64,000 nucleotides of DNA, taken from contig JANJGN010000006.1 of assembly GCA_026770705.1 (NCBI GenBank), positions 147,250,001 through 147,314,000 on the forward strand. The letters are read 5' to 3'. A program made the position numbers and the translations under genes. The notes beneath the pieces were generated by a model. The model saw only the letters and a program-made list of their open reading frames with translations. It ran no database searches and had not been told where the DNA came from. Shown one piece after another: positions 47,246-58,956 of this stretch (the first letter of the stretch is position 1; each line of letters begins with the position of its first letter). Source of the DNA: Isurus oxyrinchus. Lineage: Eukaryota.

Positions 47246-48492
47246 TACTTAGAGCCTGATAGCATTTTAATTGTGCATTGAGCAGTGTGCCCAACACAGA
47301 TGCCCTGCACCGTTGGGACGGAAGTCAAGGTCCTAAAAAGTAAGTCTTCAGCTTCAGTTGGTGGAACCCAAGAAATAGGAGTTCTCTTTCAGGTCTCACA
47401 AGGATAGTCTAAGTTGGTGAGATGTGCTTCCTGTCAATTAACACCACATTGTGCTGTGTGAGTTCAACGCTGGGACATCCTAATTTAAATAAATTATTCT
47501 ATTCTTTATATACTCCTAGTGTGTGCACTTCAGCCACCATCAGGCTCGAAATATTCCCATACTTCCTGCCCGTCATATTGGGAAATTGGTAGCTCAGTTA
47601 GTGCGTGATAAAATGGTCAAATTTCTAGGCAGGTGCCTTCATTTTGCAAAACTTACATCCAAATTAGCTACAAGGAAAATTTAGCATCAGAAAATAACAG
47701 ACAAAACTTCCATTACTGATTTCCAGCAGTTCTATGCTCCCCTGTTTATTTATACTTGCTTTTTTCATTCAAATTAAAACCCAGAAAATTATCTCCCCTT
47801 GGTTCCTAGGGACTGTTTTAAACAATGAGGCGGTTCAATATGTGAGAGAAATTTATTTATGCGCTGCATGCTTCTGCATAAATCCAGTTCTGATGCAGTT
47901 AATTTTGACACTGCATTTAGTTAAAAAGAATATAGAGGTCTGGTTTTGTTCAACATAATCAATAAAACAGAAGGATTGTTACCTTGATTTAATTAACTGG
48001 ACAAGTGCCAGCCACTTGATGTATTAGTATGCATAGCTCCTGTCAAGAGTCCAAAGATAAAATACAGAATTAGTCATGCTTTTTTGTTAATCTAACATAA
48101 TCTGAGACATTTATTTATCAGTATATATAAATGATGCCATTTACTCAGATTTCCTTTGATTTGAAGGATATGCACAGCCAACTCCCAATCTATATTTGCA
48201 CCCCATTTACTTGTAATTGAAAATATATGATACCGTTGACCAGTTTCTCAATGTACAGGCACATTGTTTTGTCCAGAATGACAGCTCCTATAAAATAAAT
48301 GCAATGAAAATGAAGACTGAGTATGTTTAGCAAGTGCAGAGCAGCATACAAATTAAAACATAGGGTACTGTCCTCAATAGCAAATAAATGCTGTGATACA
48401 CTCTGTTTAACACCAGAACCTGTTAAGATCAACTTTGGGCTCAACCGTGTCTTAGTGAGTCAGAAGTTGAGGCTAATGGCGCCCCACTCCAA

Positions 48493-49106
48493 GGGCTGGA
48501 TTTTCCCTCCGGCGGTGAGAAATGAAAGTTAGAACCATTCCTGGGTCCCAAAACAACCACTGGAGGGGATCACTCATTGGGATTTCCATAGGGGTGCCCC
48601 CTTAAGAGGCATGAAGACAGGGCCCCTGTCCAATTAAGCTTAGTGGGCTCCTCATGCTACAAAACCAAAGGCCTTCCAGTTTGAGAGTAGCAGCAGATTG
48701 CATGGCATAAAGAGGCACCCCCTCACCAACTTGTTTAAAACTTTGAAGTAAAAAATGGTTCTAACAGCCGGACTTTCACTGGTGGTAGTGTGGGTGAGTT
48801 AGGGGTGGGGCATTGGGGGGAATCAGGTAGCCTCTCTACAAGGTGGCAGCTTGTGGCTGTTCTCGCATCCAGGTAAGCTGGGAGTGCATTGAGGGAAATT
48901 GGAGGCCCAGATAGAATTTTCCACTTGGCTCCCTTTAAGTGTGCTTAACAAGGCTCCTAACAAGCCTTAAGGCCTCGATTCCGCCTCCCCAAAAATGGTT
49001 GGCAGCAAGAACAGGGTTGGGAAACCAGCATGCTGGCTGGCACCATTATTTTTGGGTCCTGTCTGCCTCTTTTTCTGCAACTAGCGTAGCCCAAAATCCT
49101 TCCCCA
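48493..49106. mobile_element. MITE-like element with TIRs
   Basis: gggctggatttt ... aaaatccttcccc. Confidence 0.6.
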
Positions 49107-49325
49107 GAAACTTCAGCACAAAACTGAGGATGGCACTCTTGTGCTGAACTGAGTGAGTGCTGTATTATTGGCGGTGCTGCCTTTCAGATGAGGTGTTAAA
49201 CCAAGGCTCGATCTGCCCTTTCAGATTGGTGTTAGATCCATGACACCACTTTGAAGAAGAGCAGAAGAGTCTTTCCAAATATCCTAACCAATATTTATCT
49301 CTTACCCAACATTCCTAAATCATTC

Positions 49326-51387
49326 CGCCGTCTTCGTCTCCGGGCTCACTTCTTTGGGCAGGAGTCCTCTCCCAGTTCAACGGATCCTTTTACCCATCTC
49401 CAATATTCTCCCTCCACCTGGACCCCTCCCTCTGGATTCTTACCTTCTCTTGATCTTTTCATTGAGAACTGTCGGCGCGACATTAGTCGTCTCAATTTCT
49501 CTGCTCCTCTCACCCATTCTAACCTGTCTCTCTCTGAACTTACTGCACTCCATTCTCTCAGGTCCAACCCTGACATTGTCATAAAACCCGCTGACAAGGA
49601 TGGTGCTGTTGTTGTCTGGCGCACTGACCTCTACCTCGCGGAGGCTGAGCGTCAACTCGCAGATACTTCCTCCTACCTCTCCCTGGACCATGACCCCACC
49701 ACTGAACATCAAGCCATTGTTTCCAGGACTGTCACTGACCTCATCTCCTCTGGGGATCTCCCTCCCACAGCTTCCAACCTGATAGTCGCCCAACCTCGGA
49801 CGGCCCGCTTCTATCTCCTACCCAAAATCCACAAACAGAACTGCCCCGGTAGACCGATAGTCTCAGCTTGCTCCTGCCCCACAGAACTCATTTCTCGTTA
49901 TCTTGACTCCCTTCTCTCTCCCCTTGTCCAGTCCCTTCCCACCTACATCCGTGATTCCTCTGACACCTTACGTCACATCAACAATTTCCAGTTCCCTGGC
50001 CCCAACCGCTTCCTCTTCACCATGGACGTCCAATCCCTCTACACCTCCATCCCCCATCAGGATGGTCTGAGGGCCCTTAGCTTCTTCCTCGAACAGAGGC
50101 CCGAACAATCCCCATCCACCACTACTCTCCTCCGTCTGGCTGAATTTGTTCTCACATTGAACAATTTCTCCTTCAACTCCTCTCACTTCCTCCAAATAAA
50201 AGGTGTGGCTATGGGTACCCGCATGGGCCCCAGCTATGCCTGTCTCTTTATGGGGTATGTGGAACATTCCTTGTTGCAGTCCTACTCCGGCCCCCTTCCA
50301 CAACATTTTCTCCTGTACATCGATGATTACTTTGGTACCGCTTCATGCTCTCGTCGGGACTTGGAAAAATTTATTAATTTTGCTTCCAATCTCCACCCCT
50401 CCATCATTTTCACCTGGTCCATCTCTGACACTTCCCTTCCCTTCTTTGACCTCTCTGTCTCAATTTCTGGTGATAGACTGTCCACCAATATCCATTACAA
50501 ACCCACCGACTCCCACAGCTACCTAGACTACAGCTCCTCACACCCCGCTTCCTGTAAGGACTCCATCCCATTCTCCCAGTTCCTTCGCCTTCGTCGCATC
50601 TGTTCCGATGATGCTACCTTCAAAAACGGTTCCTCTGACATGTCCTCCTTCTTCCTTAACCGAGGTTTCCCACCCATGGTCGTTGACAGGGCCCTCAACC
50701 GTGTCCAGCCCATCTCCCGCGCATCCGCCCTCACGCCTTCTCCTCCCTCCCAGAAACATGATAGGGTCCCCCTTGTCCTCACTTATCACCCCACCAGCCT
50801 CTGCATTCAAAGGATCATCCTCCGCCATTTCCGCCAACTCCAGCATGATGCCACCACCAAACACATCTTCCCTTCACCCCCCCTTATTGGCATTCCGTAG
50901 GGATCGCTCCCTCCGGGACACCCTGGTCCACTCCTCCATCACCCCCTACTCCTCAACCCCCTCCTATGGCACCACCCCATGCCCACGCAAAAGATGTAAC
51001 ACCTGCCCCTTCACCTCCTCTCTCCTCACCATCCAAGGGCCCAAACACTCCTTTCAAGTGAAGCAGCATTTCACTTGCATTTCCCCCAACTTAGTCTACT
51101 GCATTCGTTGCTCCCAATGTGGTCTCCTCTACATTGGAGAGACCAAACGTAAACTGGGCGACCGCTTTGCAGAACACCTGCGGTCTGTCTGCAAGAATGA
51201 CCCAAACCTCCCTGTCGCTTGCCATTTTAACACTCCACCCTGCTCTCTTGCCCACATGTCTGTCCTTGGCTTGCTGCATTGTTCCAGTGAAGCCCAACGC
51301 AAACTGGAGGAACAACACCTCATCTTCCGACTAGGCACCTTACAGCCTTCCGGACTGAATATTGAATTCAACAACTTTAGGTCGTGA
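49326..51387 (+). pseudogene. PLE reverse transcriptase-GIY-YIG endonuclease ORF (one frameshift at C-run 50877-50883)
   Basis: FYLLPKIHK..GRPIVS, MDVQSLYTSIP, GVAMGTRMGPSYA, YIDD; linker CPRKRCNTC; VYCIRCSQCGLLYIGET. Confidence 0.93.
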
Positions 51388-51786
51388 GCTCCCCCCCCAC
51401 CTCCCCTCCCCCATCCCCACCCCCTTTCTGTTTCCCCCCCTTTTTTTTCCCCAATAAATTATATAGATTTTTCTTTTCCCACCTATTTCCATTATTTTTA
51501 AATATTTTAAAATCTTTTATGCTCCCTCCACCCCCACTAGAGCTGTACCTTGAGTGCCCTACCATCCATTCTTAATTAGCACATTCGTTTAGATAATATC
51601 ACCAACTTTAACTTTAACACCTATGTGTTCTTTTGTACCATTGTCGCTGACATCTTTTGATGATCTGCTTCTATCACTGCTTGTTTGTCCCTACAACCAC
51701 ACCCCCCCCCTCTCTCTATCTCTCCGCCCCCCACACACACACCTTAAACCAGCTTATATTTCAACTCTTTCTTGGACTCAAAATCA

Positions 51787-51825
51787 AGTTCTGTCGAAGG
51801 GTCATGAGGACTCGAAACGTCAACT
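51787..51825 (+). ncRNA. Hammerhead-like motif with variant core CUGUCGA
   Basis: Identical to 45229-45267. Confidence 0.5.
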
Positions 51826-52199
51826 CTTCTCTTCTCCGCCAATGCTGCCAGACCTGCTGAGTTTTTCCAGGTAATTCTGTTTTTGTTTTATTCCTAAATC
51901 ATTCATGCTTTACCTGTTCATTATCATATTGCTGTTTTTGAGACCTTGCTGTGCACAAATTGACTGGCTCATTTCCTACATTACAAGTGTTTACTTGGCT
52001 GCAAAGGGTTTTCAGACACCTTGAGGTTAGGTAAGGCATGACAATAGAAGTCAATCTTTTTTTCTTTATGAAACATGGGCTGTATTGTCATTCTCAAGAT
52101 GGAGATCTGTGCTTGCTTTAACTCATGCATCCAGCTATGTTCACCAGAGTTGAAATTCTGGCTGAATTTAACAAAGACCATTGTTCTGCTCTTGTCCTC

Positions 52200-52900
52200 C
52201 TCAGTGAGATTGTAGGGTGGAAGATTTTGTTGAAGTAAGTTTGCTAAGGTTGCGAAGTATATCCTCTGAACAGCACTTACTGCAGTTCTGGTACACTAGT
52301 GAAAAGGAGTGTGAATATTGAATCCAATGGGAGGGACATCGATCCAACAAATTGCATTGTCCTGGATAATGCAGAGCTTCTTGAATGTTGTTGTGGCTAC
52401 ACCCTCTCGGACAAAGTGTTCCATCACACTTCCGGGATGAATCTTGGAAATAGTGAGGAAACATTGAGGAATAACTAAGTTATCAAAGAGTATCCATCCT
52501 TTGCCCTGCTTTTATAGCCACAGTGTTGTTATAGCTTCTCTATTAAGCTTCTGGTCAATGCAGGCCTACAAAAAATTCCAAACCGTTGTATCCTTGGACT
52601 CTTATGATAGGGGCACTAATGGAGATCAGAAGGGTGTAGCTGGGCTTTTTGATGTTTGAGATACCAATGATCTGGCACTTCTGTCCTGAAAATATTAGTT
52701 GCCAATCAGAATTAAACTAGAATGACATTACTGAATCATGATAGGAACAAACAATGAACTCAGTGGCAATATTGGTATTGACAGTGCATTCATGGAGAGA
52801 GTAAGATGTAGATGGGTCTCGCAAATCATTGTGAATGGCATCAAGGACTGGAGGAGTGCCCTCTTTTATAGAAAGGCAACTCACAATAAGAAAGAGGATC
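52200..52900 (-). mobile_element. Old LINE-A-related RT fragment
   Basis: Diverged match to 26650-27300 (tgtcctggataatgcagagcttcttgaatgttg, ttccatcacact). Confidence 0.55.
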
Positions 52901-53202
52901 TAGCAGCATAGGAAGCAATCTTATGGGAGGCAAACACAAAGCTAAGTACTAAATAGGGTGCAGAGATGTGCAGAAGAAGGTTGCTGATTGCAAAAAAAAA
53001 GTGAGCATTAAGGAAAACTGCCAATTATCTCTATTCCGTTCCTATCACTCTCTATATAGAAGCACAATATGGGGTTCTCTCCTTATCTTCATCAAAATTG
53101 CAGCATTAATGAACTCAGTGCATAATTGATGGTTTTAGGTCTCAACATTCAGTGCCAGTGCCTTATGTGCAACAGAGCAAATAGCGCTGCATCTCATACT
53201 AC

Positions 53203-53374
53203 AGGTTAGATTTTGACTTCGTGTAATAGTGCAAAAGCAGGTGATAGCAAGTTAGCAGCCTGTTTAACATTTCTCCCATTGACTGCAATGCAATAAAAAT
53301 CAGGAAAGATGGCAAACAGGCTCCCGGTTTGTTAACAGCCATTTCATGCGATCACACAAAGTTAAATTTATCCC
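53203..53374. mobile_element. Short hairpin MITE
   Basis: ggttagattttgacttcgtgt ... acacaaagttaaatttatcc, plus inner agcctgttt/aaacaggct. Confidence 0.55.
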
Positions 53375-54076
53375 TTATGGCTCTTCATGCAGATGCTGGA
53401 CCTGGGTCCACATTCATCTCAATACTAAAGTTCAAAGACTTCAAGGTTTTGTGCAGAGAGGAATGTGTAGGGAGCAGTTGTGTGTTTCAGATTTTCTTTC
53501 TTTTATTCTGCTACTTGCAAAGTAAGAAAGCTCACCTCTGCAAAGTAAGTTGGATTTTTTATTCTAACTAAAAGTTGTCTTATGGTGCCCTAAATTCCAT
53601 AAAGGTTTTCAATTAGTCTACAAGAGACACTTCGCACAGAACATAAACCTTCCTGATTTTCACCCACAGACTTCTAGAGGAAATTGTCTTCTCCTAAAAC
53701 AACCATAATTGTTTCAAGACACTTCAAGCTAATTGTGCATAAAATGCAATTAATGTTAATGTTGCGTAAACTAGGTCTAAGAGGCACTTCATCCTGAGAT
53801 CCTACATAGGATCATAAATCTACAAATACATCAGCTAGAAGTATAGCAATGAAGAATTTGTTTTTTCTCATTTGCCGAGGGTTAGATGTAATGCTGCGCC
53901 AGTTGCTTCTACTGTGAGCTGCCCTCACTGTCTCCTGATAGCACAGGTTTGCCTATTCCTTGACATTGCTTGTCCAAGAAATCTTAGCAACAAGGTACCA
54001 ATACAAAGGCTAGACCCTAGACCGTAGACAATGTAAACAATTGGGATCTCTAATAAACGGGTATTTTTTTTACTGG

Positions 54077-54811
54077 TGTAGAACTTTTATGAGGTTAGCT
54101 AAACAGCATTGATTTTCTCTCTCTGGAAAGGTAATTTCTAAACACTCCAACATCTGAACAGTCCCAGGAAACATCAGGGTCACTTGTTTCAGGCCACCGT
54201 GTTGACATCCCTAGCTTGGTCAGATGAGGTCTTGTGTACCTCCTTATCTATACAAATGTTTAGAAAGGACCAGGAAATAATCCTTAATATAATGTAAAAT
54301 AAAAAGCTGATCTTGAGCAGGGTGACAAACAGGGCAAGAAGTAACCGCCCTGACATTTTGGGTACCTGCCCTGTAACCATTGGTCAGAAAGGTTTGAATA
54401 GATGATTGACACTGGGTAAGCTAGCAGTCCCCAGAAAAAGGGTATATTAACAAGTGCTTGGGAACAGAGGACAGCGCTGGTGAAGTGGCAGCACTCGTCA
54501 GGCAGCCGCCTTCTTCAGGTGGAATAGGTAGAAGGGAAGGAAGATCGAAAGAAGAGTTCCCTAACACTTTGACTAGAAAGCAAAATGCTGCTATCACAAA
54601 CTACTGAGATCAACACACACTGTGCCAACCGTCCATTCGTCCTCTGGGATCAGCAAGCCACACTCAACTGTTACAGGTGGTATACTTTTAATCTATTTAG
54701 TTAATGCATCATATCTAAATTGTTGCTTCTTAATCAACTATAATAAAATTACTAACAAATAGTTGACTGTCTATTATAGGTATCTGTGACCCCGAATCCA
54801 AAAATCTTACA
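54077..54811 (+). mobile_element. Solo LTR (735 bp)
   Basis: tgtagaactttt...aaaatcttaca termini. Flanks actgg/actgt (5-bp TSD, 1 mismatch). TATA-like gggtatattaa and aataaa. Inverted homolog at 1586-2258. Confidence 0.8.
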
Positions 54812-55201
54812 ACTGTTAACTGTTATTGGGTTAATATTTGAAAGGGGAACAGTAGTTTATTCCTTGAGTTTTCTAGCCAGATAACATTGCCTTACGGCCC
54901 CATTTGCACTCAAAAATAAAACAGTAGTGCTGGCAAATAAAACATCTGTTCCACCAGCATTCCTACCACTACTTTTACAACTGGTCTGACAACTGGGAGC
55001 CACTGGGGTATAAATTTGCCTTGGGGTGTTGCTCAAAGCAGGTGGTTAAAAAAAAAGTCACCTATTTTACACGCTTTTGGTTAACTTTAATATAGGAATG
55101 AAAGAAAATTAAGCAAAGTGCAAAATGATTGCAATAGCCCATGTTATGCTACCGTGCACGATGAATATTGTTATATTATTTGAAAATTATTTAGGAACAA
55201 T

Positions 55202-55730
55202 GGGCAGAATTTTCCGTGCCCACTGCTGTTGGGTGTGCTCAGCGGCGTGAGTAGACAATATGGTGAGAAGGCCAAAAATCGTTTTCATGATACGTAAAAC
55301 CAGTTTGTGGCCGTCCACTCAACCCGACAAAGGTGGTCCGTGTATCCTGCCATCAGACATCGGGAACCTCATTGTAATACACCTGCATATTATTTTAAAG
55401 CCAACCTGCCGGAATCATGCCCCCGCACTGGATCGTCTGCCTACATTGCCAGGAAAACATGCCAGCCCAGAACACTTCTTGACAAGTGTTATGTGCAGAG
55501 GTCAGGACTTACTGCCAGGGCCTTGCTCGCATCGCAGGCACCTGAGGAGGAGAAGATGCTGAAACCATACAGCAACGGCACAATGGAATGCCAATTCTTA
55601 CGGTAGATTCTCATGGACATGGCTCTGCTGCGAAGCAGCTCATGAAAGGTGGAAAGTCACCGTTGAGGGTCTTCTCACCCTGGATGAGGGCCGAGGGGTA
55701 GAGTGGAAGGCCCAGCTGTGTTTGAGAGAG
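55202..55730. mobile_element. Harbinger-like terminal fragment
   Basis: Starts gggcagaattttccgt. Colinear with 58957-59530. Confidence 0.6.
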
Positions 55731-56629
55731 GAAGATTATTATGACACAGCAATTGGTAAAGGCTGTTATTTAAAATCCCAGAGGGAAACTTTAAACAACT
55801 ATCATAACCTATATTTTCAATTGGTATGTTTGAGATGCAGCTCTAAATTCAGGAATAAGACCACCAGTTCTTGAGGGGTTTTTATATCAAACAAAATGAA
55901 ACATTTATTAATTTACAACAAATTAAACATATACACAAGGCTGCAAATTACTATTATCACAAACTTTTTAAGAAATTCCCAAATTAATCTCCACTAAGGC
56001 AACAACAACCAGACACCAGGCAAAGCATTTTCATTGTACAAAATCAAAATGAGGTTCCTTTCAATTTGGTTCCTTTGCAGACAGTTGTAGGCTTACAGGC
56101 TTTGATCTTACATCCAACTTGTTAAGGCCAAGGTGGGAAGGTGGTGGGGTGGGCATTTGCCCTAGGTTATATGTCTCCCACCAGTAACCTGCCTGAGAGG
56201 GGCAAGTAAAATGCCACCCCTTTTGTGAGTAGTAGATAAAGGATTATAACTGCTTCATAGCTGGGAGATCAATTGAGGCTGACAGTAAACATGCAGACAA
56301 AAGTTTTGGGAAATCTAGCACCATTTTCCTTATAAGTTTCAGGAAAGCTCTTCTGGTATAGTCTGAGCAGGGAGATTTTACTCTGTGCCCTGGTATCGAG
56401 CTTCAGCTTCAGATTTATGGTTGTTGGCTTATTTCTCACCCTCTCCCTGATCTGAATGGCTGTGTGAATTTCTCTTCTCTGGGATCTGTTTCATCGAGAC
56501 ATTTCATGCAGTTTTATGGTTCCTATATCTAGTGCATCCTCAGATTCATTGAAATCTCCCAGAGTGTGTGTGTTTTGATCTACAGCCAAAGTCAATCCTT
56601 GGGACCCACCAATATAAATTTCAAAGGCT

Positions 56630-58950
56630 GAAGCAGGAACAAGGTGAGCCTATTGATAATTTGTTAATGAGATTGAAGGTTGCAGCCAGCAACTGTAAAT
56701 CCGAAGAGATGGGTGAAAGGCTGATAGATCAGCTCATCTGAGACTCTGCACAGCTTGGTATACAAAAAGCTCTGATTGGAAAAGACAAGATTACAATATC
56801 GCAGGCTGCAGACTCTGCCAGAGCACATGAAGCCACAACTCAGCAGATGAAGATGTTGAATACCCAATAAGTCAAAAGAAAGGTAGCAGGGTTGATGCAG
56901 TGAGACAGCAACAAAAGGATGCGCACCAGGTACAAGAGCTGTTGGGAACCACATAAGTTCACAGACAGAAGAAAATACATCACATACGGGTCAAACTTTG
57001 CAGCTTGTGGTAAGCTCAATCAGTAGGAAAAGATGCACTGAGCAGAGAAATAAGATCATAAAGAGCCTACCAGAAGCCGAGCAACTGGGAAAATGAGAAG
57101 AAAAAAAATATCAAAACATCCTTACCCTGGGAGGTGATGGTGTAGTGGTATTGCCTCCAGTAAACCAAGGGTAATGCTCTAGGAGTTCAAATCCCACCAT
57201 GGCAAATGGTGGAATTTGAATTCAATAAAAAAATCTGGAATGAAAATTTTCATCTGGTTCAGATGAAGGAAATCTTCTGTCTGGCCTACATGTGGCAATG
57301 TGGTTAGCTCTTAAATTCCCACTGATGGGCAATAAATGCTAGCCTAGCCAGTGATGCCCACATCCCATGAATGAATTCAAAGAAATGTCAATGACTCTGA
57401 GGATGCACTAGACTTAGGAACCATAAAACTGCATGAAATGTCTCAGAGAAAAGAAAATCACACAACCATTCAGATCAGGAGAGGGTGAGAAATAAACTGA
57501 CAACCATAAATCTGAAATGAAGATCACCACCAGAGCACAGAGTGAAAACACTCCCCTTCCCTCAAACTATACAGGGAGATCTTTCTCAAAAAGTTTAAGG
57601 AAGTAGTTACCCAAAGAAAGATGCTTTTAAAACAAGCAGATGGTAGCATCAGGTGGAACTGAACTGACATTCAATGACCCAAATCAGAGTGACACACAAG
57701 ACATTAACTGCACGTTCCAAGTCATGGAAAAAAAAGGTCCTGCTCTCCTGGGGTTGCAAAATGGATGGATATGCATTTGCTTGTACCCCAAAGATCTTAA
57801 CCAAATAATAAAGAGGAATCACAGCAACACTAGAAGAGATCATGCCAGCTCTTGCAGGGGCAAAAGTTTTCAATCAGTTTGGTGTCATAAATAGCTACTG
57901 GAACATGAATCTTGATGAGGAACCTTCCATGATGACAACACTCAACACACCCTTTGGATGGTCCAAATCCCTGCGTATACCTTTTGGCCTTAAAAGTGAG
58001 CCAAGATGTGATCAAGAGAAAAGTAGATGAGATATACAGGGGATGAAAAGAAACAGTCAGCAAAACTGATGATATCTAGACCTTTGGTTTAAATTAAAAA
58101 GATCATGACCATGATCTACATGAAGCCATGGAAAGAACAAGGAAAACTGGGATCAGGCTAAACACAGACAAATGCTTTGTGAAGGTAACAGAATGCCAGT
58201 TCTTTGGAATGGTGTACAAACATTATGGAATCAAACTGAGACCTGAAAAAGTCACTACCATCTCTGAGACAGGAGTTCCGAGAGACAAAAAAGAGCTGAG
58301 AAGTTGCTTTGTCTTGATCCAGTACATGAGTTCTTTCATACCTCACATATCAGAACACACAGCAAACCTACAAGAGCTGATGAAAAAAAAAATGTTGCAT
58401 ACCAGTGATCAGAGTCATATGAAAGGAGTTCCAGCAAACTCAAAAACAGTATTCAAGGAGACAAGTTTCATACCAGAACAAAAAGAAACCTGTCACCTGC
58501 AAGTAGAAGCTTTTGCAAAAGGACTGGGGCCACCCTTGGTTTAAGGAGGAAAGCAATTGGCATTCGCATCCAAAGTTTTAATATCAGCTGAGACCAGGTA
58601 TGCCAATATAGATACAGGGTTTTTGACAGTCAAGTATGGATGTGAGAAATTCCATAAATATCTCTATGGGAGAAAGTTCATAATGGAGAGTGATATTGTC
58701 CACTGGAACAGATCTGCAAGAAAAATCTGTGCAGGGTTCCATAAAGATTGCAGAAGTTATTCTTGAGGCTTCAGAAATACGATTTCACTCTAAAATACAA
58801 GCCAGGAAGAGAGATGTTGCTGACAGATGCCCTTTTTAATCTGTCACCACAGGAGAAACATGAGATAAAAGATCTAGGTGTAAAGGTCCACCACGTAATG
58901 AACATAACGCAACTAAAACTGAGTCAAATTGGAGATAAGAGCAGCAAAGG
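56630..58950 (+). pseudogene. pol: Ty3/Gypsy gag-pol remnant (RT, RNase H)
   Basis: EQGEPIDN; PKDLNQ; LAGAKVF..TTLNTPFG..IPFGL; GIRLNTDKC; AFASKVL.SAETRYANI..CEKFHKYLYGRKF; LQKYDFTLKYKPGREMLLTDAL. Confidence 0.85.
57129..57384 (+). mobile_element. Short tRNA-headed SINE (LINE-A head + tail)
   Basis: A box tggtgtagtgg, B box gagttcaaatcc, junction ...cccactga|tgggcaataaatgc, tail cccacatcccatgaatgaat. Confidence 0.8.
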
Positions 58951-58956
58951 CAAAAG

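Larger units (their letters stand above)
49326..51889 (+). mobile_element. Young Penelope-like element (Neptune-type linker), 5'-truncated
   Basis: 15-bp TSD attcctaaatcattc (49311-49325, 51890-51904). RT + GIY-YIG + 3' pLTR. Confidence 0.95.
49110..52050 (+). mobile_element. Deu-domain SINE split by the Penelope insertion
   Basis: 5' part ggtgctgcctttcagatgaggtgttaaaccaagg...aatatttatc (49110-49325). 3' part cattatcatattgctgtttttgagaccttgctgtgcacaaat... (51905-52050). Confidence 0.75.

Noticed and set aside
49251-49325. N-terminus of the 549-aa ORF as a true start
   Set aside because: It derives from the flanking Deu-SINE and TSD and uses a TTG start. The PLE is 5'-truncated.
1586-54811. 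Giant element bounded by 670-bp inverted repeats
   Set aside because: The repeats are diverged, and the right copy has its own TSD-like flanks, consistent with independent LTR insertions.
55740-56600. LTRs belonging to the downstream Gypsy remnant
   Set aside because: LTR-like composition, but no partner copy, clear termini or primer-binding site visible.
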